Part shown: one piece after another, positions 1-9,387 of the stretch
Layout: each line of letters opens with the position of its first letter
How positions within the stretch are numbered: position 1 is the first letter of the stretch
Source of the DNA: an uncultured Acidimicrobiales bacterium
GTDB taxonomy: Bacteria > Actinomycetota > Acidimicrobiia > Acidimicrobiales > SZUA-35
NCBI GenBank assembly: GCA_963775125.1
Contig: CAVZHQ010000007.1
Location: forward strand, 488,059 to 552,058
Length of the DNA stretch: 64,000 bases
Reading direction: 5' to 3'
Made by a program: the position numbers and the translations under genes
Notes under the pieces: generated by a model
Seen by the model: the letters and a program-made list of their open reading frames with translations, nothing else
Told to the model about the DNA's origin: nothing
Database searches by the model: none

Positions 1-820
1 GCGCTTCGGCGGGCTGCTCGCGGTGAACAAGGGCTCGACCCATCCGCCTCGATTCGTCGTCCTCGAGTACACACCGGATTCCAAACCGGCCGGGTCGCTC
101 GGCCTCATCGGCAAAGGCATCACGTTCGACTCCGGCGGCCTGTCGCTCAAGACCGGCGTCGGCATGATGACCATGAAGATCGACATGGCCGGTGGCGCCG
201 CCGTGCTCGGCGCCCTCAGCCTGCTTCCGGCGTACGGATCACGCACGGCGGCGACGGCCTACATCCCGCTCACCGACAACATGGTCAGCGGAGATGCCCA
301 GCGCCCCGGCGACGTGTTCGCGGCCCGCAACGGCAAGACCGTCGAAGTGCTCAACACCGATGCCGAAGGTCGCCTTGTCCTGGCCGACGCACTGTCGTGG
401 GCGTCGGAGCAGAAGCACGACGCGCTCGTCGACATCGCAACGCTCACCGGAGCCGTCTCGGCCGCGCTCGGCACGGCGTATGCCGGGCTGATGGGCACCG
501 ATGACGCCCTGCTCGCGCGGGTCGAGCTGGCCGCTGCAGCGTCGGGCGAGAAGATGTGGCGACTACCACTCCCGCCCGAGTACCGGTCGCAGCTCGATTC
601 GCCCATCGCGGACCTCAAGAACATCGGCGGGGGCGCCTACGGCGGGGCGTTGGTTGCCGGGCTGTTCCTGAAGGAGTTCGTTGCGGCCGGGCTTCCGTGG
701 GCGCACATCGACCTCGGCATGTCGGCAATGTCGGAGGCCGACGACGGGGTCATCGTGAAGGGTGGCACCGGGTTCGGTGTGCGTTCGCTCGCTCGCCTGG
801 TCACCGATTGGTCGAACTGA
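1..820 (+). CDS. pepA: Leucyl aminopeptidase (M17), C-terminal catalytic part; 5' end outside window
   Basis: The frame is open to the window edge. The translation carries the M17 signature NTDAEGRLVLADAL plus GKGITFDSGG and MKIDMAGGAAV. Confidence 0.9.
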   Translation, partial: RFGGLLAVNKGSTHPPRFVVLEYTPDSKPAGSLGLIGKGITFDSGGLSLKTGVGMMTMKIDMAGGAAVLGALSLLPAYGSRTAATAYIPLTDNMVSGDAQRPGDVFAARNGKTVEVLNTDAEGRLVLADALSWASEQKHDALVDIATLTGAVSAALGTAYAGLMGTDDALLARVELAAAASGEKMWRLPLPPEYRSQLDSPIADLKNIGGGAYGGALVAGLFLKEFVAAGLPWAHIDLGMSAMSEADDGVIVKGGTGFGVRSLARLVTDWSN

Positions 821-877
821 CCAGCACGTTCCGACCTGCTCGTTCAAGTTGGCTCCACCTCCGCCGATGGTGGGGGA

Positions 878-2284
878 GTGTCCAGCACCGCAGTTCAAAC
901 GACGCCGTACGAGCCGACGCGCCCGGTGCGGACGCGGGCCAACCTCAAGACGAAGACCAACCTCATCGGGCTCGATCTCGTCGTCGCCGCAATGGGGCTC
1001 GTCGGCGCCGGCACCGTGCTTCCCGCCGGTCCCGATCGTCGTCCGGTGTCGCTGGTCATGCTGGTCGCTTGGGCCTTCTTCTTCGGCCGAGCCCGGCTGT
1101 ACAGCTCCCGCTTCATCACCCGTCGGAGCGACGAAGTTCGTCGGATCGTCGACGCCACGATCCTCGCCGCCGCGGCCGCTGCCGTGGTCTGTTTCACCTT
1201 CCGACTCGAAGTAGGTCGTGGCTGGCTGCTGCTGGCGACCGGTCTCGGCGCCGGCCTGGTGTCGATCGAACGTGAACTGGTCCGTTCGCACTACGACCGG
1301 CTCCGCCGATCGGGCCGGCTCCGCCGGCGAGTGGTCATGGTCGGTGACAACGAAGAAGCGCACCAGCTCGCCCGGATGTTCGAGAAGGAACCTGAGCTCG
1401 GCTACGACGTGGTCTGGACCATCGATCCGAGCGGCGTGCACGACGCCAAGGAACTGACGACGCGCGTCCTGGCCACGGCCAGGGAGTTCAACTCGTTCGG
1501 GGTCGTCATCGCGGCGACTGCGATCGAGACCACCGCCAGCAATCGACTCATCCGCGATCTCGTCGACAGCGGGATCCATGTGGAGCTCAGCTCGACCTTG
1601 AGTGACATCGAACCGGGCCGACTCACGGTTCGGCCGCTCGGCCGCTATCCGGTCGTGTACATCGAGCCGGTGCAGCGCTCGGGTTGGCGGGCCGTGGCGA
1701 AACGGTCATTCGACCTCCTGATCGCAGTCGGCGGTCTCGCTGCGGCTGCACCCATCGGCCTGGCGATGGCGATGGCGATCAGGCTCGACTCGAACGGGCC
1801 GGTGCTCTTCCGCCAAAGTCGTGTCGGCCAGCATGGCATTCCCTTCGATGTGCTCAAGTTCCGGACGATGGTCGCCAACGCCGAGGAGATCCTCGGAGAC
1901 CTGCAGGAGGCGAACGAGGGCGCCGGACCGCTGTTCAAGATGAAGTCCGACCCGCGGGTCACTCGGGTCGGTCGTTTCCTGCGCAAGACCTCGTTGGACG
2001 AGCTTCCGCAGCTCTGGAACGTGGTCCGCGGCGAGATGAGTCTTGTCGGTCCGCGCCCGGCCCTGGCGGCCGAGATGGCATCGTGGGACGAGGACCTCTT
2101 CGGGCGACTCCGCGTGAAACCGGGGATCACGGGCATGTGGCAGGTGTCGGGGCGCAGCGAGACCTCCTTCGAGGAGTACACCCGGCTCGACCTCTACTAC
2201 GTGGACAACTGGTCGTTGTTCGTCGACCTCACGTTGCTGCTGCGGACGGTTCCTGCGGTGCTGCGCAGCGACGGCGCCTACTGA
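878..2284 (+). CDS. Polyprenyl glycosylphosphotransferase (WbaP/EpsB-type initiating sugar transferase)
   Basis: 468-aa ORF with N-terminal hydrophobic helices. The C-terminal bacterial sugar-transferase block reads KFRTM...DELPQLWNVVRGEMSLVGPRP...PGITGMWQVSGRS. Confidence 0.9.
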   Translation: MSSTAVQTTPYEPTRPVRTRANLKTKTNLIGLDLVVAAMGLVGAGTVLPAGPDRRPVSLVMLVAWAFFFGRARLYSSRFITRRSDEVRRIVDATILAAAAAAVVCFTFRLEVGRGWLLLATGLGAGLVSIERELVRSHYDRLRRSGRLRRRVVMVGDNEEAHQLARMFEKEPELGYDVVWTIDPSGVHDAKELTTRVLATAREFNSFGVVIAATAIETTASNRLIRDLVDSGIHVELSSTLSDIEPGRLTVRPLGRYPVVYIEPVQRSGWRAVAKRSFDLLIAVGGLAAAAPIGLAMAMAIRLDSNGPVLFRQSRVGQHGIPFDVLKFRTMVANAEEILGDLQEANEGAGPLFKMKSDPRVTRVGRFLRKTSLDELPQLWNVVRGEMSLVGPRPALAAEMASWDEDLFGRLRVKPGITGMWQVSGRSETSFEEYTRLDLYYVDNWSLFVDLTLLLRTVPAVLRSDGAY

Positions 2285-3362
2285 CGCCGGTGAGGCGGCG
2301 ACGCAGCACGAAGGCGGCCACGGTCAGCAGCACGCCCGCCGCCGCGACGAGGATCAGGACCGAGTCGGCAACGTCGGACAGGCCGCCGTCGCGGAAGATC
2401 AGCGTCTTCCAGCCTTCGAGCGCCCAGTAGTGCGGCGTGAGCCGGGAGGCGACGAGGAGCGAGTCGGAGAAGATCTCGATGGGCACCATGCATCCGCCGA
2501 GCGCTGCGAGCACCAGGCCGAGGGGAGGAGTCACCGCAGTGGTCTGATCCTCCGAGGTCATGACCGCGCCAACCAGGAGACCGGCGCCGGTTCCCACCAG
2601 CGCAAACGATCCGACCAACGCAACGGCGCCGACCGGGTCGCCCCACGGCACCCCGAACGCCAGTGCACCGACGAGCAGGATGATCAACGACTGGGCCAAG
2701 GCCAGCACGAACCAACCGGCCCCGATGCCGAACACCAACGCGCCCGCCCCGACAGGAGCGGCCAACGAGCGGCGCAGGACCCCTTCGCGGCCCGCTCGCA
2801 CGACGATGGCGGCCGAGGTCAGTGAGTTGATGAACGTGAACAACACGAGGTTCTGCGCGGCGCTGAGCGCAAACGGTCCGCCACCGGAAAAGTCGTCGGG
2901 TTCCTCGCCGACGAGTTGAGCCGTCACCGCCGTGGGGTTTCGTGGCGGAGCAAAAGCCAACTGATCGATGGTTCTCGAGATGAGACTGCGGGCAGCAAAG
3001 CTGCCGTCGTTCGCGTCGTTGACGATGAGGTCGACGCCGCGGGTGGCGAGATCGCCGTCGACCACGACGGCAGCCTCGATGTCGAATCGTCGCAGGTCCT
3101 GCCTGGCGCTCTCGATCCCCGCGGCCGAGGTCGCGCGGACGGTGTCGAGTTGGTCGAGCGCGGCCACCACCGACGCGGCCTCTGGCCCTTCGCCCACCAC
3201 GGCGATCTCGATTTCGGCTGCCCCGCCAAATGTCGACCCGATGATCATGATGATCGCGACGGGCAGGACGACCATGAAGAAGGCGCTTCCGTCTCGCGCC
3301 ACGTGCAGCACGATCACCCCGACGAACGCGCGAGTCGCCGACCATGCGCCGCCGAGCGTCAT
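2229..3362 (-). CDS. ABC-2 type transporter permease
   Basis: Track ORF 2229..3758 trimmed to ATG 3362 (MTLGGAW...), which overlaps the upstream permease stop as ATGA. It has an N-terminal TM, a large loop and a C-terminal cluster of hydrophobic helices. Its 3' end overlaps the convergent sugar transferase by 56 nt. Confidence 0.75.
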   Translation of the reverse strand: MTLGGAWSATRAFVGVIVLHVARDGSAFFMVVLPVAIIMIIGSTFGGAAEIEIAVVGEGPEAASVVAALDQLDTVRATSAAGIESARQDLRRFDIEAAVVVDGDLATRGVDLIVNDANDGSFAARSLISRTIDQLAFAPPRNPTAVTAQLVGEEPDDFSGGGPFALSAAQNLVLFTFINSLTSAAIVVRAGREGVLRRSLAAPVGAGALVFGIGAGWFVLALAQSLIILLVGALAFGVPWGDPVGAVALVGSFALVGTGAGLLVGAVMTSEDQTTAVTPPLGLVLAALGGCMVPIEIFSDSLLVASRLTPHYWALEGWKTLIFRDGGLSDVADSVLILVAAAGVLLTVAAFVLRRRLTGVSRRRRCAAPQEPSAAAT

Positions 3363-4450
3363 CGGCCGGCTACCAATCGCTGGAAGCGGACCAACCCGAA
3401 GACACCGAAGACCGCGCCAAAGGCAGCGAGCGCACTCAGCGATCGGACCAGGGACGACAGCGATGCTGCATCGACGCTGACCTCGGTGAACCCCCGCAAG
3501 GCCCAGCCATTCGGGGTGAGCTTCGAAAGTGTTCGGAGCAACTCGGGCGTGTCGGTCGGCCCGACGAAGTTTCCGCCGAGAAGCGCCAGCGCGAAGGTCA
3601 CGACGGCCGCGATCGAATCGGACTGCTGGGCCGAACGCGCCAGGCTTGCGATGAACAACGCCACCCCGCACAGCGCGAAGACGGTGGCGATGATCAGCAG
3701 GAGGACCGCGCCCGGATTGCCCCAGGTCGCACCGAACACAAGGGTCGTGGTCACCCACACCGTGATGAAGCCGGCGGTCGCCAAGGCCGCAATCGACACG
3801 ACCTTGCCCAACACCACTGCGGCCGGTCGTGTGGGTCCAGCGAGAATCCGGTCGAGCGTTCGGTTGCGTCGTTCCTCCAGGAGGGACTTGGCCGCTGAGC
3901 TGACGGTGAAGAAGAGAAAGACGATGGCCATCGCGGCGCCGAAGTAGGCGGTCGCCGACAGCGGCCTTCCACCGACGGGTAGCGGCCGGATCTGGACCCC
4001 GGCCGCACCCTGCCGGTCGATCCGGCCCGCCAGTTGATAGGCGATCGAGTCGGCCACCTGGGCGGCGATGGCGTGATCCCGCGCACCAATCGTCGACAGC
4101 GACAGCAGGCCGCCGGTGTTCTCCAGGACGATGGCGCTGTCCAGTTCACCCTCCTCCACGAGCCGGCGGGCCTCGGCACCCGAGCCGACCGGGACGAGTC
4201 CGAGCGCGTCGTTCTCCTCATCGCCATCATCGAAGCTTGCGGTCAGCGAAGCGGTGAGTTGGGCGCCGATGACCAGCTCGCTGTCGTCGGCCACGCCGAT
4301 GTCGAAAACCTGCGACCGTGGGCTGAACATCAGCCCGAACAGCATTGGGAGAACGAGCGGAGCAATGAACGCGGTCACGAGCGCCGAGCGGGAACGAAAC
4401 CGTCGACGCAGGTCGGTCGACGCGACAACGAGAATGTCCGAGGCGATCAC
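3359..4450 (-). CDS. ABC-2 type transporter permease
   Basis: 363 aa with the same architecture: TM1, a long extracytoplasmic loop, then 5 C-terminal TM helices. It lies directly downstream of the ATPase, whose stop is at 4454. Confidence 0.8.
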   Translation of the reverse strand: MIASDILVVASTDLRRRFRSRSALVTAFIAPLVLPMLFGLMFSPRSQVFDIGVADDSELVIGAQLTASLTASFDDGDEENDALGLVPVGSGAEARRLVEEGELDSAIVLENTGGLLSLSTIGARDHAIAAQVADSIAYQLAGRIDRQGAAGVQIRPLPVGGRPLSATAYFGAAMAIVFLFFTVSSAAKSLLEERRNRTLDRILAGPTRPAAVVLGKVVSIAALATAGFITVWVTTTLVFGATWGNPGAVLLLIIATVFALCGVALFIASLARSAQQSDSIAAVVTFALALLGGNFVGPTDTPELLRTLSKLTPNGWALRGFTEVSVDAASLSSLVRSLSALAAFGAVFGVFGLVRFQRLVAGR

Positions 4451-4453
4451 CGG

Positions 4454-5224
<771 letters not shown>

Positions 5225-5245
5225 CTCCGCAACCTAGGTCCGAGG

Positions 5246-5297
5246 GCAACCGCGTGCACTTCCACCCCTCCCAGAGGTGCGCACTGCACGCGGTTGC
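5246..5297 (-). terminator. 13-bp perfect inverted repeat between the VOC gene and the ABC operon (possible terminator/operator)
   Basis: GCAACCGCGTGCA (5246-5258) pairs with TGCACGCGGTTGC (5285-5297) across a 26-nt loop. It starts 5 nt after the VOC stop. There is no U-tract. Confidence 0.35.
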
Positions 5298-5301
5298 GAT
5301 T

Positions 5302-5832
5302 TCAGCGGTAGGTGTTGTTGGAGGTGTGGTCGCCGGCCAGCCAGCGCTTCAGGGTCTCGTGGGCGTCAGCGGAGCGTTCGGCGTTGATGGCCGCGGCATG
5401 AGGGACATCGACGGTGAACTCGACGACCATGCCGTTGGGGTCGGTGGTGTAGAGCGAGCGACAGTAGCCGTGCTCGAGCACGAAGGTCGTCTCGGGCGAC
5501 CATGCGGCTTCGCGCAATCGGCGCTCGAGTTCGGCTTGGGCCTCGGCGTCCACCTTGAGCGCGATGTGCCGGAAGGGTGAGGGCAGGAGCTCGGGGTCGA
5601 ACAGAGCCTGGTCTTCGGCGTTGGCGAACTGGAAGAAGGCGAGTGCACTGCCGTCGGCGAGGCCGAAGAAGGTGTGGCAATACACCCGCTCGGCGCCGAA
5701 CAGTTCATCGGCCTCCGACCAGGTGGCCATCAGCGGGAAGCCCAGCACGTCCTCGTAGAACGCGCGTGTCGCCTCTTGGTCCTTGGTGACGTACGCGGTG
5801 TGATGCAGGCGTTGGGCAAGGGGGGTGTTCAT
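5302..5832 (-). CDS. VOC (glyoxalase/dioxygenase) family protein
   Basis: 176 aa. The N-terminal LHHTAYVTKDQEATRAFYEDVLGF and the second-module FRHIALKVD pattern are typical of paired VOC modules. Confidence 0.8.
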   Translation of the reverse strand: MNTPLAQRLHHTAYVTKDQEATRAFYEDVLGFPLMATWSEADELFGAERVYCHTFFGLADGSALAFFQFANAEDQALFDPELLPSPFRHIALKVDAEAQAELERRLREAAWSPETTFVLEHGYCRSLYTTDPNGMVVEFTVDVPHAAAINAERSADAHETLKRWLAGDHTSNNTYR

Positions 5833-5853
5833 GGCCGTGAACGTTAGCCGGAC

Positions 5854-6984
5854 TCAGTCGGCCCACGCCGAGCGGTAGGCCCGGAGCCGGGGGTCGGATG
5901 GATCGGTGTCGGCCGCCAGGCCGAGCGGGTCGGAGGTCCACCGGTCGTCGGACTGCGGCTCCCACATCCACATGCTCCAGCTCACCCGACGATCGTCGAG
6001 ATCGTCGAGCAAGCGTCGGAGGTAGGCGTCGCCGTCGACCTGCTCGGCAGTGACGCCGAGTTCGAGCACCGCCAGCGGCACACCGAGCCGTCGGGCCTCG
6101 CCCTCGGCGACGTCGAGCGCGTTGGCGAATCGCACCGCGGCCGCTTCGGCCCCCAGGTCATCGACGCCCTCCACCGTGTAGTCGAAGGGGTCGTAGAGGT
6201 GCACCGAATGCACGAGGTGATCGGCCTCGATCCGGGGCATCAGGTGGGACCAGGACGGTGATGCCCAACCCTCGGGTTCGATGAGGACCGGGGTGACCGG
6301 ATCGACCGATCGAACGGCAGCCACCAGCCGGGGATGGAGTTCGAGCCAAGGCTCCGCCGACGAAGAGCGGTCGCCCAGAACGACCGACGCGTTCGGTTCG
6401 ACGAGCAGGTCGTAGCCGATGACCGCCGGGTGCTGCCGATAGGTCCGGGCCAGGTAGGTCCACATCTCGACCCAGGCGTCCTGGGCGGTCTGGTCGGTGC
6501 AGAGGGTCTCGATGAGATCCGACGGGTCGTAGAAGGTGCCGACGTCGTCGCGGACGAAGGTGATCTCACTTCGGCCTGGTCCTGTTCGCTGCGCGATGAC
6601 GACGGCGAGGCCGGCTGCGTGGGCCTGCTCGACCAGTCGCTGCAGGTTGTCCGCCACGGCTCGGTCGAGTTGATACGGGGGTGTCTGGGTGAACACGCCG
6701 GCGTGAGAAAGCACGACGGTGCTCGCCCCCGCAACCGCCAACGCCTCGAAATCGGCTTGGACGTAGGTCGGATGGATCGGCGCTGACCTCACGGCTGCCG
6801 AGTCGAAGGGCCCGACCCGCCGCTGGTACACGTTCGCTCCCCGCCAGGACCCATTGTCCCAACCGGCGAAGGCAACGTCTCGCGGACCGGGAGCGACCGG
6901 ATGTCCGGAGCCGGCCGGGTCGCCGGCGGCACAAGCGGCAACGAGCACACCACAGCTCAGGAGGATCGTTCCCAGTCTCACCAC
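5854..6984 (-). CDS. Clan GH-A (GH5-like) glycoside hydrolase, probable lipoprotein
   Basis: YDLLVEPN (acid/base region) and LAVLELGV (nucleophile region). With a start at GTG 6984 the leader VVRLGTILLSCGVLVAAC ends in a lipobox. The track ORF extends to 7083. Confidence 0.55.
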   Translation of the reverse strand: MVRLGTILLSCGVLVAACAAGDPAGSGHPVAPGPRDVAFAGWDNGSWRGANVYQRRVGPFDSAAVRSAPIHPTYVQADFEALAVAGASTVVLSHAGVFTQTPPYQLDRAVADNLQRLVEQAHAAGLAVVIAQRTGPGRSEITFVRDDVGTFYDPSDLIETLCTDQTAQDAWVEMWTYLARTYRQHPAVIGYDLLVEPNASVVLGDRSSSAEPWLELHPRLVAAVRSVDPVTPVLIEPEGWASPSWSHLMPRIEADHLVHSVHLYDPFDYTVEGVDDLGAEAAAVRFANALDVAEGEARRLGVPLAVLELGVTAEQVDGDAYLRRLLDDLDDRRVSWSMWMWEPQSDDRWTSDPLGLAADTDPSDPRLRAYRSAWAD

Positions 6985-7100
6985 TGCCGGCGAGCCTGAA
7001 CCCAAGGCACATGTGCCCAAACAGTTCGAACTGCGGCCCGCCGATGAACGAAGCATCAGCCCGAGAACGGGACCGAATAACAACCACCGGAGAGATCCAC

Positions 7101-7286
7101 ATGCTTCACTACGAATTCATCGCCGCTTGGATGCGGGCCCAGGCCAAGACCGAACGCGGCGCCTCGCTCGTCGAGTACGCCCTGCTCGTCGCCCTCATCG
7201 CCGTCGTCTGCATCGCAGCCGTCACCCTGCTCGGCCGCAACGCCTCGACCAAGTTCAGCTCGGTCTCCTCCAGCATCGGCAGCTGA
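7101..7286 (+). CDS. flp: Flp/Fap family type IVb pilin
   Basis: 61 aa from ATG 7101. It has the ERGASLVEYALLVALIAVV motif (G/XXXXEY prepilin cleavage site followed by a hydrophobic helix). Confidence 0.85.
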   Translation: MLHYEFIAAWMRAQAKTERGASLVEYALLVALIAVVCIAAVTLLGRNASTKFSSVSSSIGS

Positions 7287-7297
7287 TCCGTTTCGCC

Positions 7298-7371
7298 GAT
7301 GAGGGGTTCCGACCTGAATCGTCAGCGAGTCACCACTAGGCTCGCTGGCCTTGAGTCAGGAACCCCTCATT
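7298..7371 (+). promoter_or_regulatory. Nested ~74-nt hairpin after flp that encloses the cobB start codon
   Basis: The outer stem pairs GATGAGGGGTTCC (7298-7310) with GGAACCCCTCATT (7359-7371), 12 bp plus one G-U pair. The inner stem pairs CAGCGAG (7323-7329) with CTCGCTG (7341-7347). The TTG start of cobB is at 7351. Confidence 0.4.
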
Positions 7372-8175
7372 CGCGAGGCCGCAGCCCTCATCGCCGGCGC
7401 ATCTCGCGTCGTCGTCCTCACCGGAGCCGGTATCTCCACCGACTCCCGTATTCCTGATTTTCGGGGCCCGCAAGGAGTCTGGACCAAGAACCCCGGGGCC
7501 GAGAAACAGGCCACGATCCAGAATTACGTGGCCGACCCCGACGTCCGACGGCAAGCCTGGAGAAGCCGCCTCGATTCGCCGATGTGGTCGGCCGAACCCA
7601 ACTTCGGGCACTTCGCCTTGCTCGAGTTGGAGCGCCAACGAAAGCTCCACCTGCTCATCACCCAGAACGTCGATGGTCTGCACCACGAAGCCGGGAGCAG
7701 GCCTGACCGCATCGTCGAGGTGCACGGAACTGCCCGCGAAGTAGTTTGCCTCCGCTGCGACTACGCGGCGCCGATGCAGGTTGCCCTCGATCGCGTTCGG
7801 CAGGGTGAAGACGATCCCGCCTGTCCTGAATGCGCAGGAATCCTCAAGTCGGCAACCATCAGCTTCGGACAGAGTCTCGTCGTCGAGGACCTCGAGCGGG
7901 CGCAGACCGCGGCCGAGACCTGTGATTTGCTGCTGGCGGTCGGAACGACGCTCGCGGTCTTTCCCATCGCCAACGTCGTGCCGGTCGCCAAACGCAGCGG
8001 GGCCAAGGTCATCATCGTCAACGGCAGCCCAACCGAAATGGACTCGCTGGCCGACGTCGTCGTGCGAGGGTCCATCAGCGAGGTCCTCCCAGCGATCCTG
8101 GCGCCCCCGCCGCACCGGCAAGGGGCCACAGGACCGCCGGGTGACACAGGACCAGGAGGGCAGGTCAATTGTTGA
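7351..8175 (+). CDS. cobB: NAD-dependent protein deacylase (Sir2/CobB family)
   Basis: LTGAGISTDSRIPDFRGPQGVW, the catalytic His in IVEVHGT, and the zinc ribbon CLRC...CPEC. Confidence 0.9.
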   Translation: MSQEPLIREAAALIAGASRVVVLTGAGISTDSRIPDFRGPQGVWTKNPGAEKQATIQNYVADPDVRRQAWRSRLDSPMWSAEPNFGHFALLELERQRKLHLLITQNVDGLHHEAGSRPDRIVEVHGTAREVVCLRCDYAAPMQVALDRVRQGEDDPACPECAGILKSATISFGQSLVVEDLERAQTAAETCDLLLAVGTTLAVFPIANVVPVAKRSGAKVIIVNGSPTEMDSLADVVVRGSISEVLPAILAPPPHRQGATGPPGDTGPGGQVNC

Positions 8176-8211
8176 CCTTGCAAGTAGGCTTTTGGAGAGT
8201 AGGCTTCCGCC

Positions 8212-9387
8212 ATGCCTAGTTTCCGTGAAGTCCTCGCCGCCACCAAGGCCCAGATCGCCGAAGTAGACACGGCCCAGGCCGAAGTGCTCCGGGCCGCCGG
8301 AGCGGTCGTCCTCGACGTCCGAGAGCCGGACGAAGTTGCTCAGGGTGTCATCCCCGGCGCCATCGCCGTCGTCCGAGGCAACCTCGAGGCGCAGATCGAG
8401 AACCGCATCCCGGACAAGTCGACCAAGCTGGTCGTGCATTGCGCGGGCGGTGTGCGATCCGCCTTCGCCGCCAAGTCGCTCGCCGAGCTCGGCTACACCG
8501 ACGTCGTCTCGATGGACGGCGGATTCAACAAGTGGAAGGACGAGGGCCGTGAGTGGTTCGTCCCCACCTCCCTCAACGCCGACCAGCGCAACCGGTACAG
8601 CCGTCACCTGTTGTTGCCCGAGGTCGGCGAGGACGGCCAGATCAAGCTGCTGAACGCCAAGGTGTTGTTGCTGGGCGCCGGTGGCCTGGGTTCGCCCGCT
8701 GCGCTCTACCTGGCCGCGGCCGGCGTCGGAACGCTCGGCATCGTCGACATGGATGTCGTCGACGAGTCGAACCTCCAACGACAGATTTTGCACAACCTCG
8801 AGCGTGTCGGGATGCGGAAGGTCGATTCGGCCAAGAAGACCATCGAGCTCATGAACCCCGACATCGTGGTCAACACCTACGATGCCCGACTCAGCGCGGC
8901 CAACATCCTCGACATTCTCCAGGGTTACGACGTCGTCATCGACGGCGCCGACAACTTCCCGTCGCGTTACATCCTCAACGACGCCTCCGTGAAGTTGGGC
9001 ATCCCCGTGGTGCACGGCTCCATCTTCCGGTTCGAAGGCCAGGTCACGGTGTTCGATCCGCTGAACGGACCGACCTATCGCGACCTCCTGCCCGAGCCTC
9101 CTCCGGCCGAGCTGGCCCCGAGCTGCGCCGAAGCCGGCGTCCTCGGTGTCCTCCCCGGCATCGTCGGCTCGATTCAGGCCCTCGAGGCCATCAAGCTGAT
9201 CTTGGGTCTCGGCGACTCGCTGCGCGGTCGCCTGCTCGCATTCGACGCCCTCGAGATGTCGTTCCGCGAGTACAAGCTCAACATCGATCCCGACAATCAG
9301 GTCACGTTCGCCAATCGCGAACTGATCGAGGTCGTCGAGCTCGACGGTCTGTGCATGCCCCACGTCCTCGAGCCGGCGTTGGCTTGA
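8212..9387 (+). CDS. moeZ: Rhodanese-ThiF/MoeB fusion (MoeZ-like adenylyltransferase/sulfurtransferase, rhodanese N-terminal)
   Basis: The N-terminal rhodanese domain has the active-site loop HCAGGVRS. It is followed by RYSRHLLLPEVG...LLLGAGGLGSPAALYLAAAGVG...DESNLQRQILH and SCAEAGVLGV. Confidence 0.85.
   Translation: MPSFREVLAATKAQIAEVDTAQAEVLRAAGAVVLDVREPDEVAQGVIPGAIAVVRGNLEAQIENRIPDKSTKLVVHCAGGVRSAFAAKSLAELGYTDVVSMDGGFNKWKDEGREWFVPTSLNADQRNRYSRHLLLPEVGEDGQIKLLNAKVLLLGAGGLGSPAALYLAAAGVGTLGIVDMDVVDESNLQRQILHNLERVGMRKVDSAKKTIELMNPDIVVNTYDARLSAANILDILQGYDVVIDGADNFPSRYILNDASVKLGIPVVHGSIFRFEGQVTVFDPLNGPTYRDLLPEPPPAELAPSCAEAGVLGVLPGIVGSIQALEAIKLILGLGDSLRGRLLAFDALEMSFREYKLNIDPDNQVTFANRELIEVVELDGLCMPHVLEPALA

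Noticed and set aside
7351-8175. Sir2 gene as an antiphage (Thoeris/DSR-type) effector
   Set aside because: It is a standard-size CobB-type sirtuin with the zinc ribbon and catalytic His. It has no fused sensor domain and no ThsB/TIR or other partner gene.
7336-9363. 675-aa ORF on the minus strand
   Set aside because: It lies antisense to cobB and moeZ, both of which have unmistakable motifs. Its translation is Arg/Gly/Asp/Val-rich with no motif. This is a typical shadow ORF of very GC-rich DNA.
8553-9383. 5' third of the 1139-aa track ORF
   Set aside because: It overlaps moeZ in another frame and translates to Arg/Pro-rich nonsense. A signal-peptide-like sequence begins only at the TTG at 9384, so the amidase gene was started there. 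The 49664..50314 part of the pimA track ORF was trimmed for the same reason.
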